Source: Flavobacteriales bacterium (GTDB lineage Bacteria > Bacteroidota > Bacteroidia > CAIKAF01). From it: a stretch of 64,000 bases of DNA. Below the pieces are notes generated by a model. That model ran no database searches, had not been told where the DNA came from, and worked only from the letters and a program-made list of their open reading frames with translations. The translations under genes were made by a program, and so were the position numbers. The stretch spans positions 28,224-92,223 of the forward strand of contig JBQVOK010000005.1 in the NCBI GenBank assembly GCA_052437175.1, read 5' to 3'. Of this stretch, positions 50,101-58,693 are shown in pieces (positions within the stretch are counted from its first letter, which is position 1; every line of letters begins with the position of its first letter).

Positions 50101-50863
50101 CGATGGCCTGAGCGGTGGTGTATACGATATTACCCTGGTAGGCGAGAACCTGGGTGGCATTACCTCGCTCTGCGAACTCACGGCCCTGAAACGCGTGGGC
50201 GGCGGAGCCTGGCTGCAGAGCGGCACACACCAGGAACCGACCGGTTCGCTTACCCGTCCGGTGGTACAGCGCACAGGTGCAACCGGCTGGAGCAACTGGG
50301 GCTTTGCCGGTGGATTGCCAAATCCGTTGCCGGTGCAGATGGGCAGCATGGAACTGCGCTGCAACGGCGATGGTGTGCCCGAACTGATGTGGGAAACGAA
50401 TACCGAGATCAACAATGCCTATTTCCAGGTAGAGCTGAGTACCGATGCCGAACATTTTACGCCGGCCGGAACACTGAGCGGAGCCGGTAACAGCAATACA
50501 CCGCTTTCGTACAGCTATGAACTGCCCAGGGGTACACAGGGTTACCTGCGCCTGAAACAGGTGGATTACAACGGCGATTTTGCCCTGTACGGTCCGTTGA
50601 GCATTCCCTGCAAAGCGGCTGCGGAATGGAACAGCCTGTGGAACGGTAAGCAGATGCAGGTACAGTTTGGGGCAGATGCCGGCGCTTCGTATACCATTGC
50701 CGTACTCGATATTTCGGGACGTATCCTGCGGAATGAGCAATACAGCTGCGAAAACGGTGCTTGTGTATGGCAGAGCGATCTGCAGGACCTGAAACCCGGC
50801 GTGTACGTACTGCAGGTATACAACCAGGGCGGAGGGCACAGCATTAAGTTTGTAAAACCGTAG
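47180..50863 (+). CDS. Large T9SS-secreted surface protein, paralog of 42090..46922
   Basis: Signal peptide, one choice-of-anchor D domain, ADAGPD/PKD-like unit, WTGADNRDWFNCFNW, shared C-terminal block, CTD. Confidence 0.88.
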   Translation: MNAPKRVLFCLFICTCILSGWSQVTLTTSPYTQNFNTTPGASGTSYPAGWSSYDGTAADNAMITGTASSTTGANYNYGSRIGLLGSGSAFDPGSIVLAITNTSNLCNLEISYNVIKIREQTRDCSFHLQYSTTSPTSGFSNVTGGTYNSGTIAQNTSTAYTNLDISALDNRSGVVYLRWYYASSGSGSRDGLALDDVSISWTSCASPAPEINIRGNGVNIASGDLTPSTTDFTDFGSTPVGGTTITRSFTVQNTGTATLTLGTLSITGANAGDFSVATTPAASVAAGASTTFSIDFDPQAVGTRNAGISLVNNDGDENPYTFAIRGNGTASCTTPDALEFTTQPSNTQQSSTMSVVRVRAYCTTNGVTASGYTGPVTVQVLTPGCGYTAQTVNAVNGIATFSSIVFQRSPQSGLQLEATAPSLTSDISSAFNISVSPGTPVTTTLRDENFEASPAIPWAYTVGTPSGTGSGGSSGADVTGTAVFSGNTVLTKSYSVANGSGERGSTNTVTFANVSGLAAYNYVTFSFKVASLGSGSGAGNDNGEDFALQVSTNNGGSWQTILTESGGSNRLFNLSAAPVTGLTLSNSTYASGSLSAFSIQLNGISNFMFRFTASNNRNNENWVIDDVRLTGTATPAASSFALPTADAGPDVIVCNGSGAQLSVNVNSFQAPLTYSWTPAATLNNASVSNPVATPSAAQVYTVVVTDAHQCRATDQVSVNLHGPGGTPGLWTGADNRDWFNCFNWDDGHIPGSATDVNIPVTSNDPEIDAPGATANNLSVAAGALLEIDDPAATLDLYGNYTNNGNLLNSSGEVSVTGSGNAVFSGTAFSFFRLRMDNPDTLIMNTPIQVDSQFVFSQGNIRTQAHTFTLGSSVTRTGLLSYTSGHITGTMKRWFNGSNSGAVKGLFPFGVNGNDRFVTVEYTSAPASGGSLTGHFEPLAMGLNGLPLSVAAAGSCTAFSAENTQSDGYWQMDANDGLSGGVYDITLVGENLGGITSLCELTALKRVGGGAWLQSGTHQEPTGSLTRPVVQRTGATGWSNWGFAGGLPNPLPVQMGSMELRCNGDGVPELMWETNTEINNAYFQVELSTDAEHFTPAGTLSGAGNSNTPLSYSYELPRGTQGYLRLKQVDYNGDFALYGPLSIPCKAAAEWNSLWNGKQMQVQFGADAGASYTIAVLDISGRILRNEQYSCENGACVWQSDLQDLKPGVYVLQVYNQGGGHSIKFVKP

Positions 50864-50960
50864 GTATATACTAAATTTAACGGAAGCCCGATGTCGGGAC
50901 TGTTGCTTTTTGAATAACTTTGTTGCGTTATTCAACTTTATTAAAAGTAAAGCATTTACT

Positions 50961-51407
50961 ATGAAAAAGATCGTGTTAGCTTTCGTATTTGCCGCATTGG
51001 GTCAGTATACCTTTGCCGCAAGCAACAACGCCGCAGCGGCGCCGAACATCGGTAAACTGATCACCATGTTCACGGGTTCCCTTTCCCCGGATGCCTTTAC
51101 AAGCGCCTGGGATGCGGGTGGAAAGAAAGAATTTACCAAAAAGGTGAAGAACAACGCCAATATGCCGGTGGTAGGCACGGCGCTGTCGAACCTGGCAAGC
51201 ACTTACCTGACAGACGCTGCGTTTAAAACGGGCTGGCAGACGGTAAAATCGAAATGGATCAAAGATGCGGCAGCGGCCAAAACCGTGCAGAACGTGGCAG
51301 GAAGCCTGCTCACCCTGCAGCAGTACATCAATCCTTCGATGTTTACCAGCAAATGGTCAAAAATTCAGCCTTACTGGGAAACCGGTCTGAAAACACTGGC
51401 CTCTTAA
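50961..51407 (+). CDS. Small exported helical-repeat protein
   Basis: Signal peptide; three ~40-aa repeats with an L..L...L.P..F...W pattern; TAACTTTG promoter element at 50915-50922. Confidence 0.75.
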   Translation: MKKIVLAFVFAALGQYTFAASNNAAAAPNIGKLITMFTGSLSPDAFTSAWDAGGKKEFTKKVKNNANMPVVGTALSNLASTYLTDAAFKTGWQTVKSKWIKDAAAAKTVQNVAGSLLTLQQYINPSMFTSKWSKIQPYWETGLKTLAS

Positions 51408-51430
51408 TTTTGTACGACCTGAAAAAAAGC

Positions 51431-51464
51431 AAAAAAGCCTCGCTGCAAGCGAGGCTTTTTTTTT
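51431..51464. terminator. Bidirectional terminator
   Basis: AAAAAAGCCTCGC-TGCAA-GCGAGGCTTTTTT. Confidence 0.88.
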
Positions 51465-51482
51465 GCATCGTTGTATAGATGA

Positions 51483-52820
51483 CTATTTGGTTTTGATCTC
51501 GACCAGGGGCCGGAAGCCGATAAAGCTTTGGGCGGCAGAATCACTGGATACAAAGCGGCGGCTTTTCACCTGCATAAAGTGTGCGGGCATGTTCCAGGCA
51601 CCACCTTTTATGAGCAGGCTGTCATTCAACTGCAGCGGTTGTACCATTTCGGCTACATTACCGCTGATACAGTACAAGCCGAAGTCATTCGGGAAGTAGG
51701 AAACAACGGGTGCGGTAATGCTGGCATCCTTATACGGCAGATGCACACCGCCTGTAGAGTCGCGGAAGGCCTGGAAATTAGCCAGGAAAAGTCCCCTGGA
51801 ATTCCGCACATAAGGTCCGCCCCAGGGATAGGGTCCTGTGAGCCTGCCCAGTGCGGCCAGCATCCATTCACTTTCGGTAGGCAGGCGCATTTCGTATACA
51901 CTGTTGTTGCGCGGACGGGAGGCGGCTTCTTTGTTCACCAGCCCGCTGAGCCAGCGGCAATAGGCCAGCATGGATTCATAGCGCAGGTTCACTACCGGGT
52001 AATGGTTATAGGCCGGGTGCGTGGAATAGTGTTTGCGCAGGGCCTCATTGCGGTTGTAGGGCCTGCTCCACATAGAATCTACGATGGCAGCGGCCCGGAA
52101 TTCATCCAGGCGGTTGTGGATCACCAGGTCGTACAGGAAGGTGCGGTATTCCAGGTTGCTGATCTCCGTAGAACTGATGAGCAGGGTATGCGGGGAAACC
52201 CCCAGGCTGATCTCCGGCCAGGATTTTTTCTCCTGTTTCAGGATGGCCTTTACTATATCGGCCTTACGTTTTTCATTAGCCAGGATCTCGGCTTCACTGA
52301 TCTCGGGAATTTCGGGCCATACCGAATGTTTTACGCGCATGGGTGGCATCATACGTCCGCCGCCGCCGTTACCGCGGGCCACGTAAAAGTCATTTTTCTT
52401 TTCAGGATCAGCCTGCGTACTATCCTTAGCCACAGGGGCGCCGGGCGTAGAGGGCGCGGAACGATCGGCGGAGACAGTGGTAAGACCGGCTGCTTCTGCG
52501 GGAGAAGGTTTTCCGGGTTCTTGTTCCGGGCCGGAAGCGGGTTGTGTATGCTCAGCGGCAGTGCTTTTTGCCGGTTGTGTGCTGCTGCCGCGGAGCAGAA
52601 AAAAGAGGCTGATACCCAGTAGCATCAGGCCGGCCAGGAAGATATCCAGGTAGAATTTTGGGAAGGATTTGGCTTTATACGGCCCGTAAACGGGCTTTTC
52701 GTTCAGGATGAAATTAGCTGTCATATCGAGTACGGTTTCGCGCTCATCATATTCCGAAAACAGTGCCGCCTGCCGCAGCAACTGTTCTGTATCCGTTGCG
52801 GTCCGGGACTTATTTTCCAT
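51483..52820 (-). CDS. Membrane-anchored FGE-sulfatase (GldK/GldJ-like) domain protein, putative anti-sigma factor
   Basis: N-terminal soluble segment, TM IFLAGLMLLGISLFFLL, P/S/A linker, TEISNLEYR, HPAYNHYPVV, RLPTESEW, YPWGGPYVRNSRG, SGNVAE, KGGAW; overlaps the sigma gene end. Confidence 0.82.
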   Translation of the reverse strand: MENKSRTATDTEQLLRQAALFSEYDERETVLDMTANFILNEKPVYGPYKAKSFPKFYLDIFLAGLMLLGISLFFLLRGSSTQPAKSTAAEHTQPASGPEQEPGKPSPAEAAGLTTVSADRSAPSTPGAPVAKDSTQADPEKKNDFYVARGNGGGGRMMPPMRVKHSVWPEIPEISEAEILANEKRKADIVKAILKQEKKSWPEISLGVSPHTLLISSTEISNLEYRTFLYDLVIHNRLDEFRAAAIVDSMWSRPYNRNEALRKHYSTHPAYNHYPVVNLRYESMLAYCRWLSGLVNKEAASRPRNNSVYEMRLPTESEWMLAALGRLTGPYPWGGPYVRNSRGLFLANFQAFRDSTGGVHLPYKDASITAPVVSYFPNDFGLYCISGNVAEMVQPLQLNDSLLIKGGAWNMPAHFMQVKSRRFVSSDSAAQSFIGFRPLVEIKTK

Positions 52821-53367
52821 GATTCTGCTGCTGTTTTAGTTTTTCATTCAGTTTCTTTTCGAGCCGCTTTTTCAACCGGGCATAATACACCTTAAGCTGG
52901 AAAGCGGGTTTGCCGGTATACGAAGAAATGGTGCTGTAATCCACACCCTGGCTGCGGGACAACAGCAGGATGCGTTCCCATGATTCCAGTTTTTCCAGTT
53001 CTTCGTTCAGGACCTGCAACTGCGGATTATTTGCGGGAGATGAGGGTTCGGGTTCCGGAACCCGTTCTTCCAGTTCCTGCAAAGGCACTACAGGTAAAGC
53101 CCCGGGGCCGCGCAGCGAATTCTTCAGCTCGTTCACAAAGATCCGGAACAAAAAACCGGCGTATTTTGCTTCGCTCTCGAACGTGTAAGCGTCCTTCTTC
53201 TCCACGGCCCTGTACAGGCATTTGTACACCAGTTCCCAGGCAGCGTCCGGTTCCATTCCCCAGGTGTGCACGGCATAGCGGTGCAGTTTGTGACCATAGG
53301 CCTCGAACGCTTTCGAAATTTCAGCGTTCGCCTGCTCGTCGGGAATATAGGTGCTGCGTGTTTTCAA
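52810..53367 (-). CDS. ECF-type RNA polymerase sigma factor (divergent)
   Basis: FEAYGHKLHRYA...AWELVY...FLFRIFVNELKN (region 2) and LEKLESWERILLL...YSTIS...LKVYYARLKKRL (region 4); TTG start. Confidence 0.82.
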   Translation of the reverse strand: MKTRSTYIPDEQANAEISKAFEAYGHKLHRYAVHTWGMEPDAAWELVYKCLYRAVEKKDAYTFESEAKYAGFLFRIFVNELKNSLRGPGALPVVPLQELEERVPEPEPSSPANNPQLQVLNEELEKLESWERILLLSRSQGVDYSTISSYTGKPAFQLKVYYARLKKRLEKKLNEKLKQQQNHGK

Positions 53368-53466
53368 TGTAATAATGCCTGTAAATATAAAAACACAAAG
53401 TGGTAACAGCCGGACTTTGTTTTTATGCGCTTTCTATATATTTTTGTTATTGTTTTATGATTTAAC

Positions 53467-53533
53467 ATAAGTTTTGATTATAGTTATATATATGCATTCT
53501 ATTTGACTTTGCGCGTATTAGCCTTCAACTTTG
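53467..53533 (+). promoter_or_regulatory. Catalase promoter with possible OxyR site
   Basis: ATAA-N7-TTAT-N6-ATAT-N7-CTAT (imperfect OxyR-like) abutting TTTG-N20-CAACTTTG (-33/-7). Confidence 0.45.
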
Positions 53534-53561
53534 TAGTGTAAAATCAATATACCCGAAGAGG

Positions 53562-55085
53562 ATGAAAAAAATTATGATCGGTGTTTCGGCACTATTGCAG
53601 ATGCAGTTTCTGACCGCCCAGAACCTGACCACCAATACAGGCGCGCCGGTGGGCGATAACCAGAATTCGAAGACCGTAGGCAATAACGGTTCCGTATTGC
53701 TTGAAGATATCCACCTTATTGAAAAACTGGCGGCATTTGACCGGGAGCGCATTCCCGAACGCGTGGTACATGCCCGCGGCGCAGGCGCTTATGGCGAATT
53801 TACCGCCGCCGCCGATATGTCGGCCTTTACCAAAGCTTCTTTCCTGAATGCGGCCGGTAAGAAAACACCGGTGTTCGTACGCTTTTCCACGGTGGTACAC
53901 AGCAGCGGCTCGCCCGAGACCCTGCGCGATCCCCGCGGTTTTGCCGTAAAGTTCTATACCGATCAGGGAAATTACGACCTGGTGGGCAATAACCTGCCGG
54001 TGTTCTTTATCCGTGATGCCATTAAGTTTCCCGATATGGTGCATGCTTTTAAGCCCTCGCCGGTGTACAATAAGCAGGACCCGAACCGTGTGTTCGACTT
54101 TTTTGCGAACATCCCGGAGGCTACACACATGCTCACCCGCCTGTATTCCGACTACGGAACGCCCGCTAATTACCGCGAAATGAACGGCAGCGGCGTACAT
54201 GCCTTTAAATGGGTGAACGCAGCAGGGCAGGTGGTATACGTAAAATACAGCTGGAAAAGTATGCAGGGCGAACGCAACCTGAACGCTGCCCAGGCCGCCG
54301 AAATACAGTCGAAAGACTTTCAGCATGCTACGGTTGATTTGTATACGAATATTAAGGAAGGTAAATTCCCTTCCTGGGAATTATATGTACAGGTGCTGAA
54401 ACCGGAACAGCTTTCCGCGCTGGCTTTCAATCCGCTGGATGCTACCAAAATATGGCCCGAAAGTATTGCCCGACCCATGCTGCTGGGCAAAATGACGCTG
54501 AACCGTATACCGGGCAATTTCTTCGAAGAAGTAGAGCAGAGCGCTTTTTCACCGGGAACCCTGGTGCCGGGTATCGAGCCCAGCGAAGATAAACTGCTGC
54601 AGGGCCGCCTCTTTAGTTATTTTGACACACAGCGTTACCGCATCGGTTCTAATTTTCAGTACCTGCCGGTGAACGCTCCCAAAGTGGCCGTAGTGTCGCA
54701 CAACCAGGACGGGGCTTTCAGCAACCGCGGAAAAAATTCAGAAGTGAACTACCAGCCTTCGGTAAAAGAAAATAAACCCGACCAGGACGCCTACGATTAC
54801 AGTAAAAAAGAACTTCCGGCGGGCACGGTCATTACCCAGGCCCAGATCGACAAACCGGATAATTTTACACAGGCCGGTGATTTCTACCGTTCTCTGAGTG
54901 AGGCGGAGAAGAAAAACCTGATCGCAAACCTTGTGGGCGACCTGTCCCAGGTGACCAACAAAGACGTGGTACGCACCATGGTCGGTTATTTTTACCTGGC
55001 CGATGCCGATTATGGCAAACGCCTGGCCGACGCACTGAAACTGAGCCGCGAAGAAGTAGAACGTACATTCATGAAACAGAAATAG
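53562..55085 (+). CDS. katB: Monofunctional heme catalase with signal peptide (KatB-like)
   Basis: FDRERIPERVVHARGAG, RDPRGFAVKFYT, heme ligand QGRLFSYFDTQRYR; N-terminal export signal. Confidence 0.93.
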   Translation: MKKIMIGVSALLQMQFLTAQNLTTNTGAPVGDNQNSKTVGNNGSVLLEDIHLIEKLAAFDRERIPERVVHARGAGAYGEFTAAADMSAFTKASFLNAAGKKTPVFVRFSTVVHSSGSPETLRDPRGFAVKFYTDQGNYDLVGNNLPVFFIRDAIKFPDMVHAFKPSPVYNKQDPNRVFDFFANIPEATHMLTRLYSDYGTPANYREMNGSGVHAFKWVNAAGQVVYVKYSWKSMQGERNLNAAQAAEIQSKDFQHATVDLYTNIKEGKFPSWELYVQVLKPEQLSALAFNPLDATKIWPESIARPMLLGKMTLNRIPGNFFEEVEQSAFSPGTLVPGIEPSEDKLLQGRLFSYFDTQRYRIGSNFQYLPVNAPKVAVVSHNQDGAFSNRGKNSEVNYQPSVKENKPDQDAYDYSKKELPAGTVITQAQIDKPDNFTQAGDFYRSLSEAEKKNLIANLVGDLSQVTNKDVVRTMVGYFYLADADYGKRLADALKLSREEVERTFMKQK

Positions 55086-55097
55086 GGTTACAGGGTG

Positions 55098-55130
55098 AGC
55101 GGTGCGGCAGGGGTGTCGCACCGCTTTTTT
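55098..55130 (+). terminator. Terminator-like hairpin between catalase and ankyrin genes
   Basis: AGCGGTGCGGCA-GGGG-TGTCGCACCGCT then T run. Confidence 0.75.
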
Positions 55131-55173
55131 ATCCCGCAGGCCTTCTCAACGCTACACCATTACATCAAATGTT

Positions 55174-55689
55174 ATGAAACGGATCGTTTTTATATTCCTG
55201 ATATGGATCCCGGTACCGGTCTTTGCACAGTACCCGCTTATCGATGCGGCCCGCAACAACGATACCCTGCAGATGGCGGCCGCTCTCGCTTCCGGCGCCG
55301 GACTGGACGCTACCGATGCCAGAGGTTCCACGGCCCTCATCGTGGCGGCCTACAACGGGAACGAAGATGCCCTGCGCTGGCTCATAGCCCGTGGCGCTGC
55401 ACTGGACGCGCAGGATGCCATGAGCAATACCGCCCTGATGGGCGTGTGCTTTAAAGGCTACGAAAATATAGCGCGCATACTGCTGCAAGCCGGTGCAGAC
55501 CCCGATATACAGAACGGGAACCAGGCCACGGCACTTAGCTTTGCCGCTACCTTCGGGCATACCGGCATGGTAAAACTGCTGCTGGCCTACGGTGCCGATA
55601 AAGACCGGCCCGACCGCTTTGGCAATACCCCGCTGATGCATGCACAGATGCAGGGCAATACCGAAATTACAGAGCTGCTGAAGCCCTGA
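55174..55689 (+). CDS. ankB: Ankyrin-repeat protein, AnkB-like catalase partner
   Basis: Repeats GSTALIVAAYNG, NTALMGVCFKG, TALSFAATFG, GNTPLMHA; signal peptide; follows catalase. Confidence 0.88.
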   Translation: MKRIVFIFLIWIPVPVFAQYPLIDAARNNDTLQMAAALASGAGLDATDARGSTALIVAAYNGNEDALRWLIARGAALDAQDAMSNTALMGVCFKGYENIARILLQAGADPDIQNGNQATALSFAATFGHTGMVKLLLAYGADKDRPDRFGNTPLMHAQMQGNTEITELLKP

Positions 55690-55772
55690 GTCCGCAGGAG
55701 CTAAAATAACCTGTTGAGGGTATTTGGGTAATCGCCGGATAAGCCGTATTTTTGCACACTTTTAAACAGATT

Positions 55773-57314
55773 ATGCAACACGAATTGAGCGAGCAGGAAG
55801 CACTGCGCAGGCAAAAACTGGCTGAGATCAGAGCACTTGGAATTGACCCTTATCCCGCCGAGGAGATAAAGGTAAGCCATTTTGCTGCCGATATAAAGCG
55901 GGATTTTACCGAAGGTGCCACCGGTTACGAAGAAGTATACCTGGCCGGCCGTCTCATGAGTGTACGCGATATGGGCAAGGCCAGCTTTGCCGAACTGATG
56001 GACAGCAGCGGACGTATACAGGTGTACGTGCGCCGCGACGACATCTGCCCCGGCGAAGACAAGACGCTGTACAATACCCTCTTTAAAAAACTGCTGGATA
56101 TCGGGGATTTTATCGCGGTAAAAGGATACGTTTTCAAGACCAAAGTGGGCGAAACCTCGCTGCACGTCACCGAACTGCGCCTGCTGGCCAAAACACTGCG
56201 CCCGCTGCCCATCGTTAAAAAAGACGAGGAAGGCAATGTGTTCGATGCCTTTACCGATCCGGAGAAACGCTACCGCATGCGTTATGTGGACCTGGTGGTG
56301 AACGAAGGCATCAAGGAAACCTTCCTGAAACGTACCCGTATGATCAATGCCATCCGCGATTTCCTGAACGAACGCGGGGCCCTGGAAGTGGATACGCCCG
56401 TACTGCAGAACATTCCCGGCGGAGCGGCTGCGCGCCCCTTTGCCACGCATCATAACGCACTGGACGTACCTTTTTACCTGCGTATTGCCAATGAACTGTA
56501 CCTGAAACGCCTCATCGTGGGCGGGTTCGACTGGGTATATGAGTTCAGCCGCAATTTTCGCAACGAAGGTATGGACCGCACGCACAACCCCGAGTTTACC
56601 GTGCTGGAATTCTACGTAGCCTATAAAGACTACAACTGGATGATGGATACCACCGAACAGCTGTTCGAAAAAATAGCCCTCGCCAGCAACAACAGTACCG
56701 AACTGCCGGTAGGCGACAACATCATCTCCTTCAAAGCGCCCTTCAAACGCGTTTCGATCTACGATGCCATTAAAGAGCATACCGGCATCGACGTAAGCGG
56801 TATGGACGAAAATACCCTGCGCGAGGTGTGCAAACAGCTGCACATCGAAGTGGACGAGACCATGGGCAAAGGCAAACTGATCGACGAACTGTTCTCCGAA
56901 AAATGTGAACACCATTATATACAGCCCACGTTTATTATCGATTACCCGGTGGAAATGAGTCCGCTCACCAAAAAACACCGCAGTAAAGAAGGGTTGGTAG
57001 AACGCTTTGAGCTGATGATCAACGGTAAGGAGATCGCCAATGCCTACAGCGAGCTCAACGATCCCATCGATCAGTACGAACGTTTTGTAGACCAGATGCA
57101 GCTGAGCGAACGCGGCGACGACGAGGCCATGATCATCGATCACGACTTTATCCGCGCCCTGGAATACGGTATGCCGCCCACGGCCGGTATCGGTATCGGT
57201 ATCGATCGCCTGGCCATGCTGCTTACCAACCAGGCCAGCATACAGGAAGTGCTTTTCTTCCCGCAGATGCGTCCGGAAGTGGTGCACAGTAAAGAAACCA
57301 GCGAACAACCATGA
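55773..57314 (+). CDS. lysS: Lysine--tRNA ligase (class II)
   Basis: GGAAARPFATHHNALD, YLRIANELYLKRL, FRNEGMDRTHNPEF, EYGMPPTAGIGIGIDRL; TATTTTTG promoter element at 55747-55754. Confidence 0.98.
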   Translation: MQHELSEQEALRRQKLAEIRALGIDPYPAEEIKVSHFAADIKRDFTEGATGYEEVYLAGRLMSVRDMGKASFAELMDSSGRIQVYVRRDDICPGEDKTLYNTLFKKLLDIGDFIAVKGYVFKTKVGETSLHVTELRLLAKTLRPLPIVKKDEEGNVFDAFTDPEKRYRMRYVDLVVNEGIKETFLKRTRMINAIRDFLNERGALEVDTPVLQNIPGGAAARPFATHHNALDVPFYLRIANELYLKRLIVGGFDWVYEFSRNFRNEGMDRTHNPEFTVLEFYVAYKDYNWMMDTTEQLFEKIALASNNSTELPVGDNIISFKAPFKRVSIYDAIKEHTGIDVSGMDENTLREVCKQLHIEVDETMGKGKLIDELFSEKCEHHYIQPTFIIDYPVEMSPLTKKHRSKEGLVERFELMINGKEIANAYSELNDPIDQYERFVDQMQLSERGDDEAMIIDHDFIRALEYGMPPTAGIGIGIDRLAMLLTNQASIQEVLFFPQMRPEVVHSKETSEQP

Positions 57315-57625
57315 GTTCACCAAAGTGGGTACAACGCTTACAGGAACGCTGGAACCTGAAATCGGCCTGGCAGGTGGTGCTGGTACTGCTGGCTTTTGCC
57401 TGCACGGGAACCACGGTCCTTTTTATTAAGGAACCCCTGCTCGATTTTTTAGGTATTTCCGAAAAAGGAGGCTGGATACGCACCGTACTTTACCTGCTGG
57501 CGGTATTGCCCCTTTACAATATCTTACTGCTGGCCTACGGAGCTGTTTTCGGGCAGTTCCGCTTCTTCTGGGAGTTCGAAAAACGCACGGTACGACGCAT
57601 CCTGAAATTGTTTCGTATTAAGTAA
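57311..57625 (+). CDS. Small membrane protein (DUF6787-like)
   Basis: RW.LKSAWQVVLVLLAFACTG, LPLYNILLL.YG.VFGQFRFFWEFEK; ATGA overlap with lysS. Confidence 0.8.
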   Translation: MSSPKWVQRLQERWNLKSAWQVVLVLLAFACTGTTVLFIKEPLLDFLGISEKGGWIRTVLYLLAVLPLYNILLLAYGAVFGQFRFFWEFEKRTVRRILKLFRIK

Positions 57626-57735
57626 GGCTTAACACAAACTTCTGAATAACAGAAAACTATTGACGCTAACATAAACCGCGGTTTATGATGGGGTAATACA
57701 TAATAACGTACTTGCCATAGAGAAAAAACAAGTAC

Positions 57736-58584
57736 GTGAAAAGAAAAATCCAAATAGCCGTAATTTCCGACGTACACTTAGGTACCTATGGCTGCAGGGC
57801 CGAAGAACTGCACAATTACCTGCGTTCGATAGAACCGGATATCCTGATCCTGAACGGAGATATCATCGATATCTGGCAGTTCAGCAAGAATTACTGGCCC
57901 AAATCGCACATGAAAGTGGTGAACCGCCTGCTGAAAATGATCAGCAACGGCACCCGTGTATACTATATTACGGGGAACCACGACGAGCTGCTGCGCAAGT
58001 TTACCGATTTTCAGCTGGCTTCCTTTACGCTCTGCAATAAACTGGTGGTGGAGATCAACGGACAAAAGACCTGGTTCTTCCATGGCGACGTGTTCGATAT
58101 GAGTATTCATTACAGCAAGTGGCTGGCCAAACTGGGCGGCAAGGGATACGACCTGCTGATCCTCATAAACAGCTTCCTGAACAATGCGCTGGAGTACTTT
58201 GGCTACGAAAGGGTATCCCTGTCCAAAAAAGTAAAGAACAGCGTGAAAAGGGCCGTTAAATTTGTGAACGATTTTGAGAAGACCGCCATTGATATGGCCG
58301 GTTTTCACGGGTACGACGTAGTGGTATGCGGGCACATACACCAGCCGGCCATGCGCAAGGTGCAGACCGAACACGGCGAAGTGCTGTACCTTAACAGCGG
58401 CGACTGGGTAGAGAACCTCACCGCCCTGGAGCTCAACAACGGTACCTGGTCGGTATTCTCGTACCGGGATAGTGCCCTGCACGAGCATCCGCTGGAGCGT
58501 GGAAGTATTGAAGAGGAAGACCCGGAAGAAGATATTGCCAAGGAATTTGAACCCGTATTACAGATGATGCGCTCTATAGCCTGA
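57736..58584 (+). CDS. Metallophosphoesterase, UDP-2,3-diacylglucosamine diphosphatase-like
   Basis: SDVHLG, LNGDIID, GNHD, HGD, CGHIH, YLNSGDWVE. Confidence 0.9.
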   Translation: MKRKIQIAVISDVHLGTYGCRAEELHNYLRSIEPDILILNGDIIDIWQFSKNYWPKSHMKVVNRLLKMISNGTRVYYITGNHDELLRKFTDFQLASFTLCNKLVVEINGQKTWFFHGDVFDMSIHYSKWLAKLGGKGYDLLILINSFLNNALEYFGYERVSLSKKVKNSVKRAVKFVNDFEKTAIDMAGFHGYDVVVCGHIHQPAMRKVQTEHGEVLYLNSGDWVENLTALELNNGTWSVFSYRDSALHEHPLERGSIEEEDPEEDIAKEFEPVLQMMRSIA

Positions 58585-58627
58585 AATGCCCTTCATTTGT
58601 CGCGTTTGTTAGGTTTTTCAGTAAGTG

Positions 58628-58660
58628 AAAAAGGCTGCCGGTTTCCCGTCAGCCTTTTTT
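58628..58660. terminator. Bidirectional terminator
   Basis: AAAAAGGCTG...CAGCCTTTTTT. Confidence 0.75.
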
Positions 58661-58693
58661 GCATAATACGTTTGGTATACGATGGATATTCGC

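Noticed and set aside
45906-50335. Shared block as a DGR template/variable repeat or an assembly artefact
   Set aside because: Differences are spread over all bases and are largely synonymous, both copies are in-frame coding, and no reverse transcriptase is present.
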